A DNA stretch of 64,000 nucleotides, from assembly GCA_963823285.1 (NCBI GenBank), contig CAWGKX010000006.1:87648-151647 (forward strand), in the 5' to 3' direction. Below, piece by piece: positions 45,427 to 54,409 of this stretch. Source of the stretch: an uncultured Bacteroidales bacterium (GTDB lineage: Bacteria; Bacteroidota; Bacteroidia; Bacteroidales; JAGOPY01). The position numbers and the translations under genes were made by a program. Under the pieces are notes generated by a model, which was not told where the DNA came from, searched no databases, and saw only the letters and a program-made list of their open reading frames with translations. Positions within the stretch are counted from its first letter, which is position 1. The number at the start of each line of letters is the position of its first letter.

Positions 45427-47121
45427 TCAATTGATTTTCACTATTTTTTTCTGTCCGGTAATTGATTTTCCTTTATATGTCCCGTTCAGTTTGAGAAAAT
45501 AAACACCCGCCTGTAATCCCGAAAGATCCAGCTCTGATTCAACCGACATTTTCTTTTGATCAGTATAAAAAGATGACATGAGCATGCCGCGAATATCATA
45601 AATACTTACAAGACACCGGGAATAGCCATCAGGCAAGTTTATCCTGATGTTATCGCGGAATGGGACAGGATGAACACTGAATAAATTAATTTGCTCAGGA
45701 GCATCGATGAAAGTGAGTGTATCGACAGTCAGGGTTGCTGCAAATGAATAAACAGTGCAATACTGATTATTAAGACGGCAGGAGTACTGGTATCCGTTAA
45801 TATCATAATTAGACGGATTGATGGTCAGGGTCGGGGTATATATATTATAATAAGGTATAACCTCGGTAAGGCTTGTCCATGAATTCCCCCCATCAGTGCT
45901 AACCTGCCACAAATACTCATCAGTTCCGGAAGCTTCTACAGAGAATATCGCTTCTGACGGCTCAGTTACGGTTTCATCCTGAGGTTGAGTTATAATTTGC
46001 GGAACAGGATGCTGGCTGATCTCACCATTATTCAGAGTAATATCAATTGGATTGGAGTAAGAGTTGATAACCTCCGTGCCCGGTTCAAAAGCAATAATAT
46101 GATCCCCGGACACATAGTCAAATCTTAGGTCGAACAATTTTCCGCTGGTAACTGACACCGGGCTGGTGTATTCCCAATGAATAATAATACCGGGCGGATC
46201 CGCCAGAGGCGAGGTCGTCAGGTTGCCTGGAATGAGATCAGGATAGATATTCTCAAGATCCATAAAGGCAAGATAAGCTGTATCAAAGGATATATTGAAA
46301 GTGAACTCTACAACATCATAAAAGTCGCCTACGAAAAGTGGCTCAGTTACTTCATTGCCAGGGCATGTAATTGCCAGTCCCAGCGTGGCGACCGGAAATG
46401 CAAGGGCTACTTCGAGAAGTGCCGTATCCGTAATTACTATGCAATTATTTACCGTCAGCACACACCGGTAATTATTACCATTGAAACTAAGGGTCACATC
46501 ATGAATGGTCAGGGTGTCGGTAGTCACACCTGAATAAATATCGTTATTTTGCAGGTCATTCCAGCTGGAGCCGGCATATTCCTGCCACTGATAGTCGGGG
46601 TTACCCAGGGCGGTGACTGAGAATATCACATCGTTATCCGGGTAAGATTGAACGCTATCTGGTTGGTCAATAATCTGGATGCTGTTGCCGATACTTCCGT
46701 TGTATGTATCGAGAGGAATGATCTCAAGGTTAATGTTTGCAATTTCGGTACCGGGGTCAAAAGTCAGCAATGTTGTATCGCCCAGAAAAGTGAAACTGAG
46801 ATCAAAAAGTTTTTCGCCGGATATGGTAAAAGGTATGGTGCTGCTATAAACGAGCCTTACCTGTCCATTGAGAGTATAAGAGGTAATTCCGGCTGGGATG
46901 GATGGATTGATATTTTGTATCGATAAGAAATCTGCTGCATTGGTATCATAACCAACAAAGAAAGTCATAGCTCCTATATCATTGAAGCCAGTTACGTCAA
47001 GAGGGACCAGGACATTTTGCCCCGTGCAGGAGCCGATATTTCCTAAAGTTGCCGTTGCGTTTTGAGACTTCATAATTATTGGTTGTAAAAGAAGGATCAA
47101 TATGATTATTTTAATTCGCAT
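45427..47121 (-). CDS. Secreted protein: 2 cohesin-like modules alternating with 2 Ig-like domains, T9SS type-A C-terminal domain
   Basis: The 564-aa ORF has the cohesin landmarks FFVGYDTNAADFLSI and FNISFDTAYLAFMDL. The Ig-like units contain YQWQ/YLWQ...W..L......TLTI......NG..Y.C. The C-terminus is ...VSIYDIRGMLMSSFY...GVYFLKLNG...KIVKIN. Confidence 0.7.
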   Translation of the reverse strand: MRIKIIILILLLQPIIMKSQNATATLGNIGSCTGQNVLVPLDVTGFNDIGAMTFFVGYDTNAADFLSIQNINPSIPAGITSYTLNGQVRLVYSSTIPFTISGEKLFDLSFTFLGDTTLLTFDPGTEIANINLEIIPLDTYNGSIGNSIQIIDQPDSVQSYPDNDVIFSVTALGNPDYQWQEYAGSSWNDLQNNDIYSGVTTDTLTIHDVTLSFNGNNYRCVLTVNNCIVITDTALLEVALAFPVATLGLAITCPGNEVTEPLFVGDFYDVVEFTFNISFDTAYLAFMDLENIYPDLIPGNLTTSPLADPPGIIIHWEYTSPVSVTSGKLFDLRFDYVSGDHIIAFEPGTEVINSYSNPIDITLNNGEISQHPVPQIITQPQDETVTEPSEAIFSVEASGTDEYLWQVSTDGGNSWTSLTEVIPYYNIYTPTLTINPSNYDINGYQYSCRLNNQYCTVYSFAATLTVDTLTFIDAPEQINLFSVHPVPFRDNIRINLPDGYSRCLVSIYDIRGMLMSSFYTDQKKMSVESELDLSGLQAGVYFLKLNGTYKGKSITGQKKIVKIN

Positions 47122-47154
47122 TCTTCTTTTCAGATACCGTCATTTCAATTAAAG

Positions 47155-47202
47155 TTTTAAAAAAGATAAAACCGAAGAGGGGAAAAAGGTTCCCCTCTTC
47201 GG
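47155..47202 (-). terminator. Rho-independent terminator after the Cys-rich repeat gene
   Basis: A 12-bp perfect stem pairs ccgaagagggga (47172-47183) with tcccctcttcgg (47191-47202). On the minus strand it is followed by UUUUAUCUUUUUU. Confidence 0.8.
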
Positions 47203-47214
47203 AAAATTTATAGA

Positions 47215-50200
47215 TTAATGTGAAATAACCATTCTCTGGGTTGAGATGAAGTCACGGCTTTCACCGTCGACAGTGATCTTATAGATGTACACGCCGGTTG
47301 CGAGGCCAGCAGCGCTGAACTCAACGGTGTAGGATCCTGCAGATTGCGTAGCATCTACGAGAACTGCGATTTCCTGGCCGAGCATATCAAGTACGCTCAG
47401 TTTCACCTTGCCGCTTTCAGGCATAGTGTATTCTATGAAGGTCGAGGTGCTGAACGGGTTAGGCCTGTTGCTGCTCAGGAAGTAATCTGTTGCAGCCGGT
47501 TCGGTTGTAACACCGAAGGTTTTCAGGGTAACCGGTTCGATGACGGTTGCTGACGGATCGGCAAATTCAGAGCCATAACCGATTCTGAACATTGATTCGG
47601 TGGCAGCGATCGGAGCGATGGCTTTTATCTTCAGGGTCAGCACGGCATCATTGTCAGCCAGAACCATCGGGTTCAGGTTGCTCCATGCGACGCTTACGTT
47701 ACCGGAAGATAAGTTATAGACCATACCATCCGCTGAAACCACATCAACAACATCAAATAATGAGGCGTTGTATTCGAGGTTCAGGGTGATAGCGCCGAAC
47801 TGATTTGCTTTGGCAATACGGATCGGTAAGTTGAATACCTGTCCGGTTACCACGTTCATTGTACCGTCTTTAACCAGGTCAATAGCCGGAGCGGTTTTAC
47901 CGGAATTCGGGATATTGGACCTGTTAGCGTCACCTTCGTTCAATGCAAGGATGTTATATGTCCCAGCAGTGGAGCTCATAGTAGGATCGAACGCCCAATC
48001 GCCTGTCGGGAAGTAGTTCACCATTCCGATAGCGCGTTGTTTGATCCACAGAGCATCTGTGGAATTGATGACAAGGTTACCATTGACATTCATGGCTAAG
48101 CCTACAATTGTATCATAGACAAATCCACCGGGCAGACTACCGATTTGCTTCAACTGAACTGCCAGAGCGTCGGTAGCATTAGCGCCAAACCATGGTGCAC
48201 TGTAGGTTGCAGTGATACCAAATTCGGTTTCACAATTTAGATATGGGATTTCATAATAACCCATACCACCGCCTTCGACATCATTGAATGAAGTTGTGGA
48301 TTGAACAGGGATACCACCGTTCCACAACTGGATCTCCACTCCGTTAAGAGGCGTCAATCCATTGTTGTGATAATTAACATATCCGGATAGTGTGCAAGGT
48401 CCGAGTGTACCGGCCGGGTAAATCTGGATCGGCATTTCATCATAGTTGCAGCAACCGGTGCAGGTGTCATACACTGTTAAGGTAATTTCACCTATACCGC
48501 CGTTGATGTTGTAATCAGTCCACAGCACTTCGATGCATTCTGTTCCCTGTCCGCTCTGGATGATTCCGCAATGTTCAGCGGTCCAGGTATAGAGCAGGCA
48601 TGTTTGATCGAATTCCGGAGGACAAACGTTGCAGTATTCACTTACCATTCCGACTTCAGCAAAGCCCGGATGGTCAGTATTCATATCAACTATGTCAGCA
48701 CAAGGCTTGTGGTTTACGTAGAACTTCCATTCTTCGGTAGTCGTACATTGTTCAGGTGATGTGATAGTCAGATACAGGCGGGCGGTGTCGCAGCATTCGC
48801 CGAAGCAAATGTTAATGAAGTCACTGCCTCTCCAGCATTCAGCTTCGCAATCGTACCACAGAGGTTCAGCCTGGAAGGTGCTTCCGGCAGGGCCGATAAA
48901 GCTCCATTCGTAGGTATAACCCGGGATCGGCCCTGGCAAGCAGAAGCAATTCCAATCAATACTGAAGGTCACGCATGATTCAGCACAAACTGTCAGAACC
49001 TCCTCACCTGGATACAGGCACGTTTCGAAGCACTCAGGACAATACTCGGGACCGATACTGCGGGATGGTCCTATAATCTGTTCACCGTCAAAGAATCCAC
49101 CGCATTCGTTAGCCGGATCGAAATAACCCATAAGCGGAACTTCTGCCGGTTTCTTCTTGAATTCAATATAAACGGTATCATAGCCTATGCAGAATCCTGA
49201 AGCATTCACCCAGATGAATCCATAGGTTCCGTAATTTATGCCTAGGCAATCGTCATCGCATACACAAATCTGTGCATTCGGATCGAATACATCTGATATA
49301 CTGTAGCACGGGTAGTATTGCAGAGCAAAGTCATCACCCGGGCAAGGATCTACCGGCGGTACGTAATTATAGAACAGCCAATAGGATTCGCTTTGACCCT
49401 GAGTGCAGTTACTTGCCGTATAAGGCACTGCCTCCATAGTATAGCAAGGTCCGCAGACTGAAGCATCGTCGCCGGCTTCCGGAACAGGGGTTTCAACGAA
49501 CTGGACAAAGATGTCGACAAATGAATAGCAATAGTAATCTTTGTCTGGTGGTTTGTTGATTTCGTTCCAACGGACGGTGTAACATCCAAAGTTCGAAACA
49601 CACATTTCGGTATAAGGATTGGTATCGTCGGCAAATGTAACTTCAGCGGGATCGCCGGTTGGTCCTGAAACGTAGGTCCAGTGGGCCATATCGAAGAAGT
49701 TCGGGCATTCGCCTTCACTTGTTCCAAAGTACTGGTATTTGACAACACCAGCTTCAGCCAAATTAATGCAGAGCGAATCGCAAGGAGCTATCAGATCCTT
49801 ATCTCTGGCAATTGCATTAGGCTGCTCGAGCAGGTCGAACAGGACTGTATCCGAATCGGTGCAATTTTCAGCAGCATTCCACGCAGTCCAGATAAAGACA
49901 AAGCGTCCTGGCTCGTTGAAACAGACTTCGGTTTGCGGATCATTGAGATCGGTGAATGTCACTTCGCCCGGTCCGCATGACTTGGTCCAGATGCCATACA
50001 TGCTATAGCAGAATTCCAGACTGCCTGTCATGTCAAAGCAATAAGTGGAGAATGCAATATCAACGCATTCATGCACATCCTCGCCGGCATCGGCAACTGG
50101 TTGTTCGAAGATAAAGACACTTACTGTGTCCGAGCCTTCGCAAAATCCATCTTCATTTCCATTGAATTCAGTGAACTTGAAGACATATTTGCCATAGGGG

Positions 50201-52158
50201 CAGGGTCCGCATTTGTCAACCACAACATTAGCCGTTTCCGTCGTGCCGTTAGTAATAGTGACGGCACATCCGGGTACCTGGGGTTGTGAGACAAGTGTCC
50301 AGGAATACCAGTTATTATAATTTACACCTAAGTCACCGCAGAAATCAGTACCTACGCCAACCAGGGTAAATGCAAACTCATTGCAGAGTAGTTGATCTTC
50401 ACCTGCTTCCACTTCAACGGGCTGCCATATCCATACTGAAACAGTATCGGTATCTTCACAGACCATATGGAAAATCACCGCACCTGCAACGTCTTCGTAA
50501 TAACCATTTAGCTGAGTCACAATGAAGATGTATTCGCCAAATGGGCACGAATTGCAATCATCGATACTGACTATTGGATCAATACTATGATTATCGTCGA
50601 AAGTTACAATGCACTGATCGGGTTGTTGATACAACTGCCAGGTAATACTGTAAGCGTTTCCTTCGAAACAGGGGATGTCAATCGCTCCATCGAGACCAAA
50701 CTCGAATATGTTGCATAATGACTGATCATCACCTGCATTAACGGAAGGTTGCTCGGAGATGAAGATTCTGACAAAGGCAGAGTCTACGCATCCTTCAAAT
50801 ATACCTTCGTCATTTATTATTCCGTTGTATTCGGTCCACATGAAGGTATACCAGCCATAAGGACACTCAACGCCTTCGGGATCGATATCAACGGTTGTTT
50901 CCGGGTTGTCCGGGCTAGCAATTATCACGTCATCCGAAGGGCCTTCTTTCAGTGACCATACACCCCAGGTGAAATAGTTTGTGTCAGCCGCGCCACAGAA
51001 ATCTGTAGGAACAGCATTCAGTGTGAAAGCGAAGGTGTTGCAAAGTTCCTGATCAGGACCGGCATTAGCATCCGGTTGCTCGAAGTTCCATACAGTAACA
51101 CAATCAGTTCCGGTACAAACCTCAACGAACTGGCCGGCGTCATTATAATAGCCATTTGACTGGGTTAGGCAGAAGATGTATTTACCATAAGGGCAAGAAT
51201 CGCCGCAGTCCTGGCTGATAGTAATACTAGGTTCAAGTTCATTAGGAGAATCAATTGTCACCAGGCATGTACCCGGAGCAGAAGTCTTTTCCCAGTTGTA
51301 CTTTACTACTGTATTTTCATAGCATGGATCGTCGGCTACTCCATATAATGTGAATGCAAACGTATTGCAGAAAATCATATCATCGCCTGCATCAGGTTCC
51401 GGCGTTTCAAAAATGTATACCGTAACCGTATCAGTGACAGAACAATGATTATCGGCTTCCCACAGTGTATCAGGTATGCCGGTAATTGTATTTTCTACAA
51501 TCTTCACATTAAGTTCATGCCATACGAAAACATAAGGGCCATAGGGGCAATCATCAGGCTCGCAGTCAGTGACGTTTACAGTTGTTCCGGGATCCAGCAT
51601 GTCAAAACCAACAACACAGTCATTCGGCTGACTTACCAGTTCCCACCATGTATGGCTCCAGTAATTGACACCTTCTTCACCGCAGTATACAAAAGGAACT
51701 GCAGCAAGGGTAAAGCCGAAAGTATTGCATATATGCTGGTCAGGCCCTGCATTTGCCTCCGGCTGTTCGTAGAACCGGATTGTCATAGTGTCCGCGTCAG
51801 AACAAAGCCCGTTCACAACCCCCAGCTGGACTTGATATTCGCCAAAGGAGCAAACCTCTTCATCACGGCAGACCGGGGTCGATTCAACCTGAACTCCGTT
51901 ATTATCGAGGAATGTCAGATCAGCAGGACCGCTTATCTGCACCCATGAAAACGCGTAGCTCGGGGACTGTTCATAACAACCCACCAGACCTGTCGAACCC
52001 ACCAGTGAATAATAGCAAAGATCATTGCAGACATTCACATCTGGTCCGGCATCAGCGATAGGCTGGCAGTAAAATTCAATATAAACCCATGCTGTATCAG
52101 GGCATCCCGTGGTAATTTCATCCTTTAAAGTTTGCGTAATTACCTGGAGCTTGTACAA
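47215..52158 (-). CDS. Cys-rich repeat protein, C-terminal 1647-aa fragment: about 8 x 115-aa Cys-rich units, dockerin-like segment, cohesin-like module, T9SS type-A C-terminal domain
   Basis: The ORF has no signal peptide and only a TTG at its 5' end, and probably continues from 52169..53005 (see findings). The units are marked by (A/P)xAG(P/D/E)D...C and CPYGxYxF. The dockerin-like segment NVNGNLVINSTDALWIKQRAIG lies at 48025-48090. The cohesin-like module with ITLNLEYNASLFDVVDV lies at about 47509-47886. The C-terminus is ...KLSVLDMLGQEIAVLVD...GVYIYKITVDG.... Confidence 0.75.
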   Translation of the reverse strand: MYKLQVITQTLKDEITTGCPDTAWVYIEFYCQPIADAGPDVNVCNDLCYYSLVGSTGLVGCYEQSPSYAFSWVQISGPADLTFLDNNGVQVESTPVCRDEEVCSFGEYQVQLGVVNGLCSDADTMTIRFYEQPEANAGPDQHICNTFGFTLAAVPFVYCGEEGVNYWSHTWWELVSQPNDCVVGFDMLDPGTTVNVTDCEPDDCPYGPYVFVWHELNVKIVENTITGIPDTLWEADNHCSVTDTVTVYIFETPEPDAGDDMIFCNTFAFTLYGVADDPCYENTVVKYNWEKTSAPGTCLVTIDSPNELEPSITISQDCGDSCPYGKYIFCLTQSNGYYNDAGQFVEVCTGTDCVTVWNFEQPDANAGPDQELCNTFAFTLNAVPTDFCGAADTNYFTWGVWSLKEGPSDDVIIASPDNPETTVDIDPEGVECPYGWYTFMWTEYNGIINDEGIFEGCVDSAFVRIFISEQPSVNAGDDQSLCNIFEFGLDGAIDIPCFEGNAYSITWQLYQQPDQCIVTFDDNHSIDPIVSIDDCNSCPFGEYIFIVTQLNGYYEDVAGAVIFHMVCEDTDTVSVWIWQPVEVEAGEDQLLCNEFAFTLVGVGTDFCGDLGVNYNNWYSWTLVSQPQVPGCAVTITNGTTETANVVVDKCGPCPYGKYVFKFTEFNGNEDGFCEGSDTVSVFIFEQPVADAGEDVHECVDIAFSTYCFDMTGSLEFCYSMYGIWTKSCGPGEVTFTDLNDPQTEVCFNEPGRFVFIWTAWNAAENCTDSDTVLFDLLEQPNAIARDKDLIAPCDSLCINLAEAGVVKYQYFGTSEGECPNFFDMAHWTYVSGPTGDPAEVTFADDTNPYTEMCVSNFGCYTVRWNEINKPPDKDYYCYSFVDIFVQFVETPVPEAGDDASVCGPCYTMEAVPYTASNCTQGQSESYWLFYNYVPPVDPCPGDDFALQYYPCYSISDVFDPNAQICVCDDDCLGINYGTYGFIWVNASGFCIGYDTVYIEFKKKPAEVPLMGYFDPANECGGFFDGEQIIGPSRSIGPEYCPECFETCLYPGEEVLTVCAESCVTFSIDWNCFCLPGPIPGYTYEWSFIGPAGSTFQAEPLWYDCEAECWRGSDFINICFGECCDTARLYLTITSPEQCTTTEEWKFYVNHKPCADIVDMNTDHPGFAEVGMVSEYCNVCPPEFDQTCLLYTWTAEHCGIIQSGQGTECIEVLWTDYNINGGIGEITLTVYDTCTGCCNYDEMPIQIYPAGTLGPCTLSGYVNYHNNGLTPLNGVEIQLWNGGIPVQSTTSFNDVEGGGMGYYEIPYLNCETEFGITATYSAPWFGANATDALAVQLKQIGSLPGGFVYDTIVGLAMNVNGNLVINSTDALWIKQRAIGMVNYFPTGDWAFDPTMSSTAGTYNILALNEGDANRSNIPNSGKTAPAIDLVKDGTMNVVTGQVFNLPIRIAKANQFGAITLNLEYNASLFDVVDVVSADGMVYNLSSGNVSVAWSNLNPMVLADNDAVLTLKIKAIAPIAATESMFRIGYGSEFADPSATVIEPVTLKTFGVTTEPAATDYFLSSNRPNPFSTSTFIEYTMPESGKVKLSVLDMLGQEIAVLVDATQSAGSYTVEFSAAGLATGVYIYKITVDGESRDFISTQRMVISH

Positions 52159-52168
52159 TCCGCAATCT

Positions 52169-53005
52169 TCACACGGTCAGTGGATACTGGCCAGAGACAT
52201 CAGGACCGTCAAATTCAACAGGATCAGGTACCGGGTAACCCTCGCAATACGGCAGAGGACCTTGCAATGTCCATAAAGTCGGAAATGTAAGATTAGCGGG
52301 ACCATTAATAGTAAAATCATACAAAGTGGTCAATCCGCAAACATCGGAAGAAGTCAATTCCAATGTATCCGGGCCATAGAAATTATATTCAGTTTCAACG
52401 AATGCATACTCCACTAATGTCGGATTTATCAAAGGATCCCAAGTATATCGGAATAAATAAGTACCGGGTTTATTGACATAAAACGGCATACTGTAAAGGG
52501 TAGTATCATAGAATATGGGCCAGGCAGCCCCGGCTGGTTTAGACTGACATGTCCAACGTCCACTTCCGTCAAGGGGGCAACAAGGCGGAACCAAGCAGGT
52601 GCTATTATCGACACGTGCTTCAGCTGAACCAAAACTATATCCATTATGAACTCCGCCATCTGGATCAATATACACGTCAGAAGGGTTATAGCAGCGAGGG
52701 AAGGCCAAAATAGAATAGGTGCAGCCCGTTGAACTGCGTCCGCCATTGCCATTTTTTTGTTTTACAACAAAAGTTCCTTCTTCAGCTTGAATATTCAGGT
52801 ACGCATAAAATCCGGGAGAAAGCTCGATCGTACCTATCGCAGGATTATCCATGGCCTCAATCAACTGCTCGTCGGTAGCCACTTTCACGGCCTTGCCCTG
52901 TTGGGCGTAGGTCGTAAATCCGACCAAGACCATGGCTAAAACCAGCAGTATTGCCTTGAGAGGCACTAGCAGGCATTTGTGTTTTAATTCGTAGTTTGTT
53001 TCCAT
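52169..53005 (-). CDS. N-terminal 278-aa fragment (signal peptide plus first Cys-rich unit) of the same Cys-rich repeat protein
   Basis: The signal/TM segment is CLLVPLKAILLVLAMVLVGFTTYAQQ. The ORF ends ...WTLQGPLPYCEGYPVPDPVEFDGPDVSGQYPLTV*, 10 nt upstream of the next ORF in another frame. Confidence 0.65.
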   Translation of the reverse strand: METNYELKHKCLLVPLKAILLVLAMVLVGFTTYAQQGKAVKVATDEQLIEAMDNPAIGTIELSPGFYAYLNIQAEEGTFVVKQKNGNGGRSSTGCTYSILAFPRCYNPSDVYIDPDGGVHNGYSFGSAEARVDNSTCLVPPCCPLDGSGRWTCQSKPAGAAWPIFYDTTLYSMPFYVNKPGTYLFRYTWDPLINPTLVEYAFVETEYNFYGPDTLELTSSDVCGLTTLYDFTINGPANLTFPTLWTLQGPLPYCEGYPVPDPVEFDGPDVSGQYPLTV

Positions 53006-53323
53006 AATAATAGAATTTTAATTAATAATTAGTGTTTCAATTTCAGAATTGTCTATAAATTATTGATTATAAATTATTTTGCTTGGCGCTGAAGGTTTAA
53101 TTACTTTTTTTCTAAGAATTAAACAATGGATGTTTTCACATCCAACTACAAATTTATAACATTTAAAAACAAAATCCAAATAAATAATAAAAAAAACAAA
53201 AAAAAACACGATCCTAAAAGTTTTTTTTACTCAATGTAAATTTAAGTAAAAATTTTAAGATAAAGAAATCAAAGATACAGACGGACGCATCTGAATCTTA
53301 ACATTCGTGTTAAATTATCGTTA

Positions 53324-54409
53324 TTAAAGCGGGACGGATCGCTTATCTGCCTGTGGCTGGTAAATCGCGCCGCCGGAATGATCCAGCCGGCTACCTGTAA
53401 CCGAATGAAGAACGTTTGGCTCACCACGCCACCTGAGCACTCCGAGGAAGGCAAAAACAAGCGCTTCTTTAAAATCTATCCATGTCTCAGCCGGAACGAT
53501 CCAGTTATGATTACCTGAATCATTGATCCTTTCCATAAGGAACTTGTTATAGGCGCCGCCTCCCGTGACCAATATTTTTAGCGGATAGTCCGTATTCAAT
53601 GCCTGGTTGACCTGCTGTGCAATGTGTTCGCAAACCGTCCTCAAGAGGTTATTGGCGGGTTCGCCCAAGATATTAATCAATGGAAGAAATTCATGCTCGA
53701 GCCATTCGCGTCCCAGGGACTTAGGCCATTTTTGATGATAATACCCGAGGTTATTCAGCTGTTTCAGCAAGCCGTGAACGACCTCGCCTGAGCCGGCCTT
53801 TTCTCCGTCTTTGTCAAAGTCCATTCCCAGGATAGCAGCCAGCCTGTTAAGTATTATGTTGACCGGGCATATATCAAAAGCGATCCTTTGTCCATCATGT
53901 TCCATAGAAATGTTGGCAAATCCTCCTAAATTCAGGCAGGCGTCGAAGCCAGGAAAAAGGAGACGGTCGCCAACTGGAACAAGCGGGGCACCCTGTCCCC
54001 CCAGGGCCACATCAACAGAGCGAAAATCACAAATGACAGGAAATCCGGTTTCTGCAGCGATAGCGCTGCCGGAGCCTGCCTGGACCGTCAGTCCATGACC
54101 GGGCTGATGAAAAACCGTATGACCATGAGATGCAATGAGATCAGGCCGGAACCGGGTGCTTTCAAGAAAGTTGCGTGTCAGTCTGCCAATGAGGTGACCA
54201 TATTCAACGTTGATATACGAAAAGGCAAGGGCATCAGTTTTTGGCAAGCCTGCAAGTTTTTCTTTCCATTCCGTTGAATAAGGATAGGTATGGCTGAATA
54301 ATATTTTAAAAGACCAATTCCCATTTTCCAGGACAAATTCACAGGCGGCGATATCCAGGCCATCGAGCGAGGTGCCGGACATCAGGCCGATGGCGTTGTA
54401 TTTATGCAT
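53324..54409 (-). CDS. anmK: Anhydro-N-acetylmuramic acid kinase
   Basis: The 361-aa ORF has the N-terminus IGLMSGTSLDGLDIA, plus VALGGQGAPLVP and LVTGGGAYN motifs. Its start codon directly abuts the murF stop. Confidence 0.85.
   Translation of the reverse strand: MHKYNAIGLMSGTSLDGLDIAACEFVLENGNWSFKILFSHTYPYSTEWKEKLAGLPKTDALAFSYINVEYGHLIGRLTRNFLESTRFRPDLIASHGHTVFHQPGHGLTVQAGSGSAIAAETGFPVICDFRSVDVALGGQGAPLVPVGDRLLFPGFDACLNLGGFANISMEHDGQRIAFDICPVNIILNRLAAILGMDFDKDGEKAGSGEVVHGLLKQLNNLGYYHQKWPKSLGREWLEHEFLPLINILGEPANNLLRTVCEHIAQQVNQALNTDYPLKILVTGGGAYNKFLMERINDSGNHNWIVPAETWIDFKEALVFAFLGVLRWRGEPNVLHSVTGSRLDHSGGAIYQPQADKRSVPL

Noticed and set aside
20940-53005. A bona fide cellulosome or polysaccharide-degrading locus
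   Set aside because: I found no recognisable glycoside hydrolase, polysaccharide lyase or esterase catalytic module, and no SusC/SusD pair, anywhere in the locus. Only the cohesin/dockerin logic is shared.
53006-53323. An AT-rich 318-bp spacer with long A-runs, inspected for a tRNA, small RNA or mobile-element end
   Set aside because: I could find no cloverleaf-compatible stems, no repeats and no ORF. It is most simply the promoter/leader region of the Cys-rich repeat gene.
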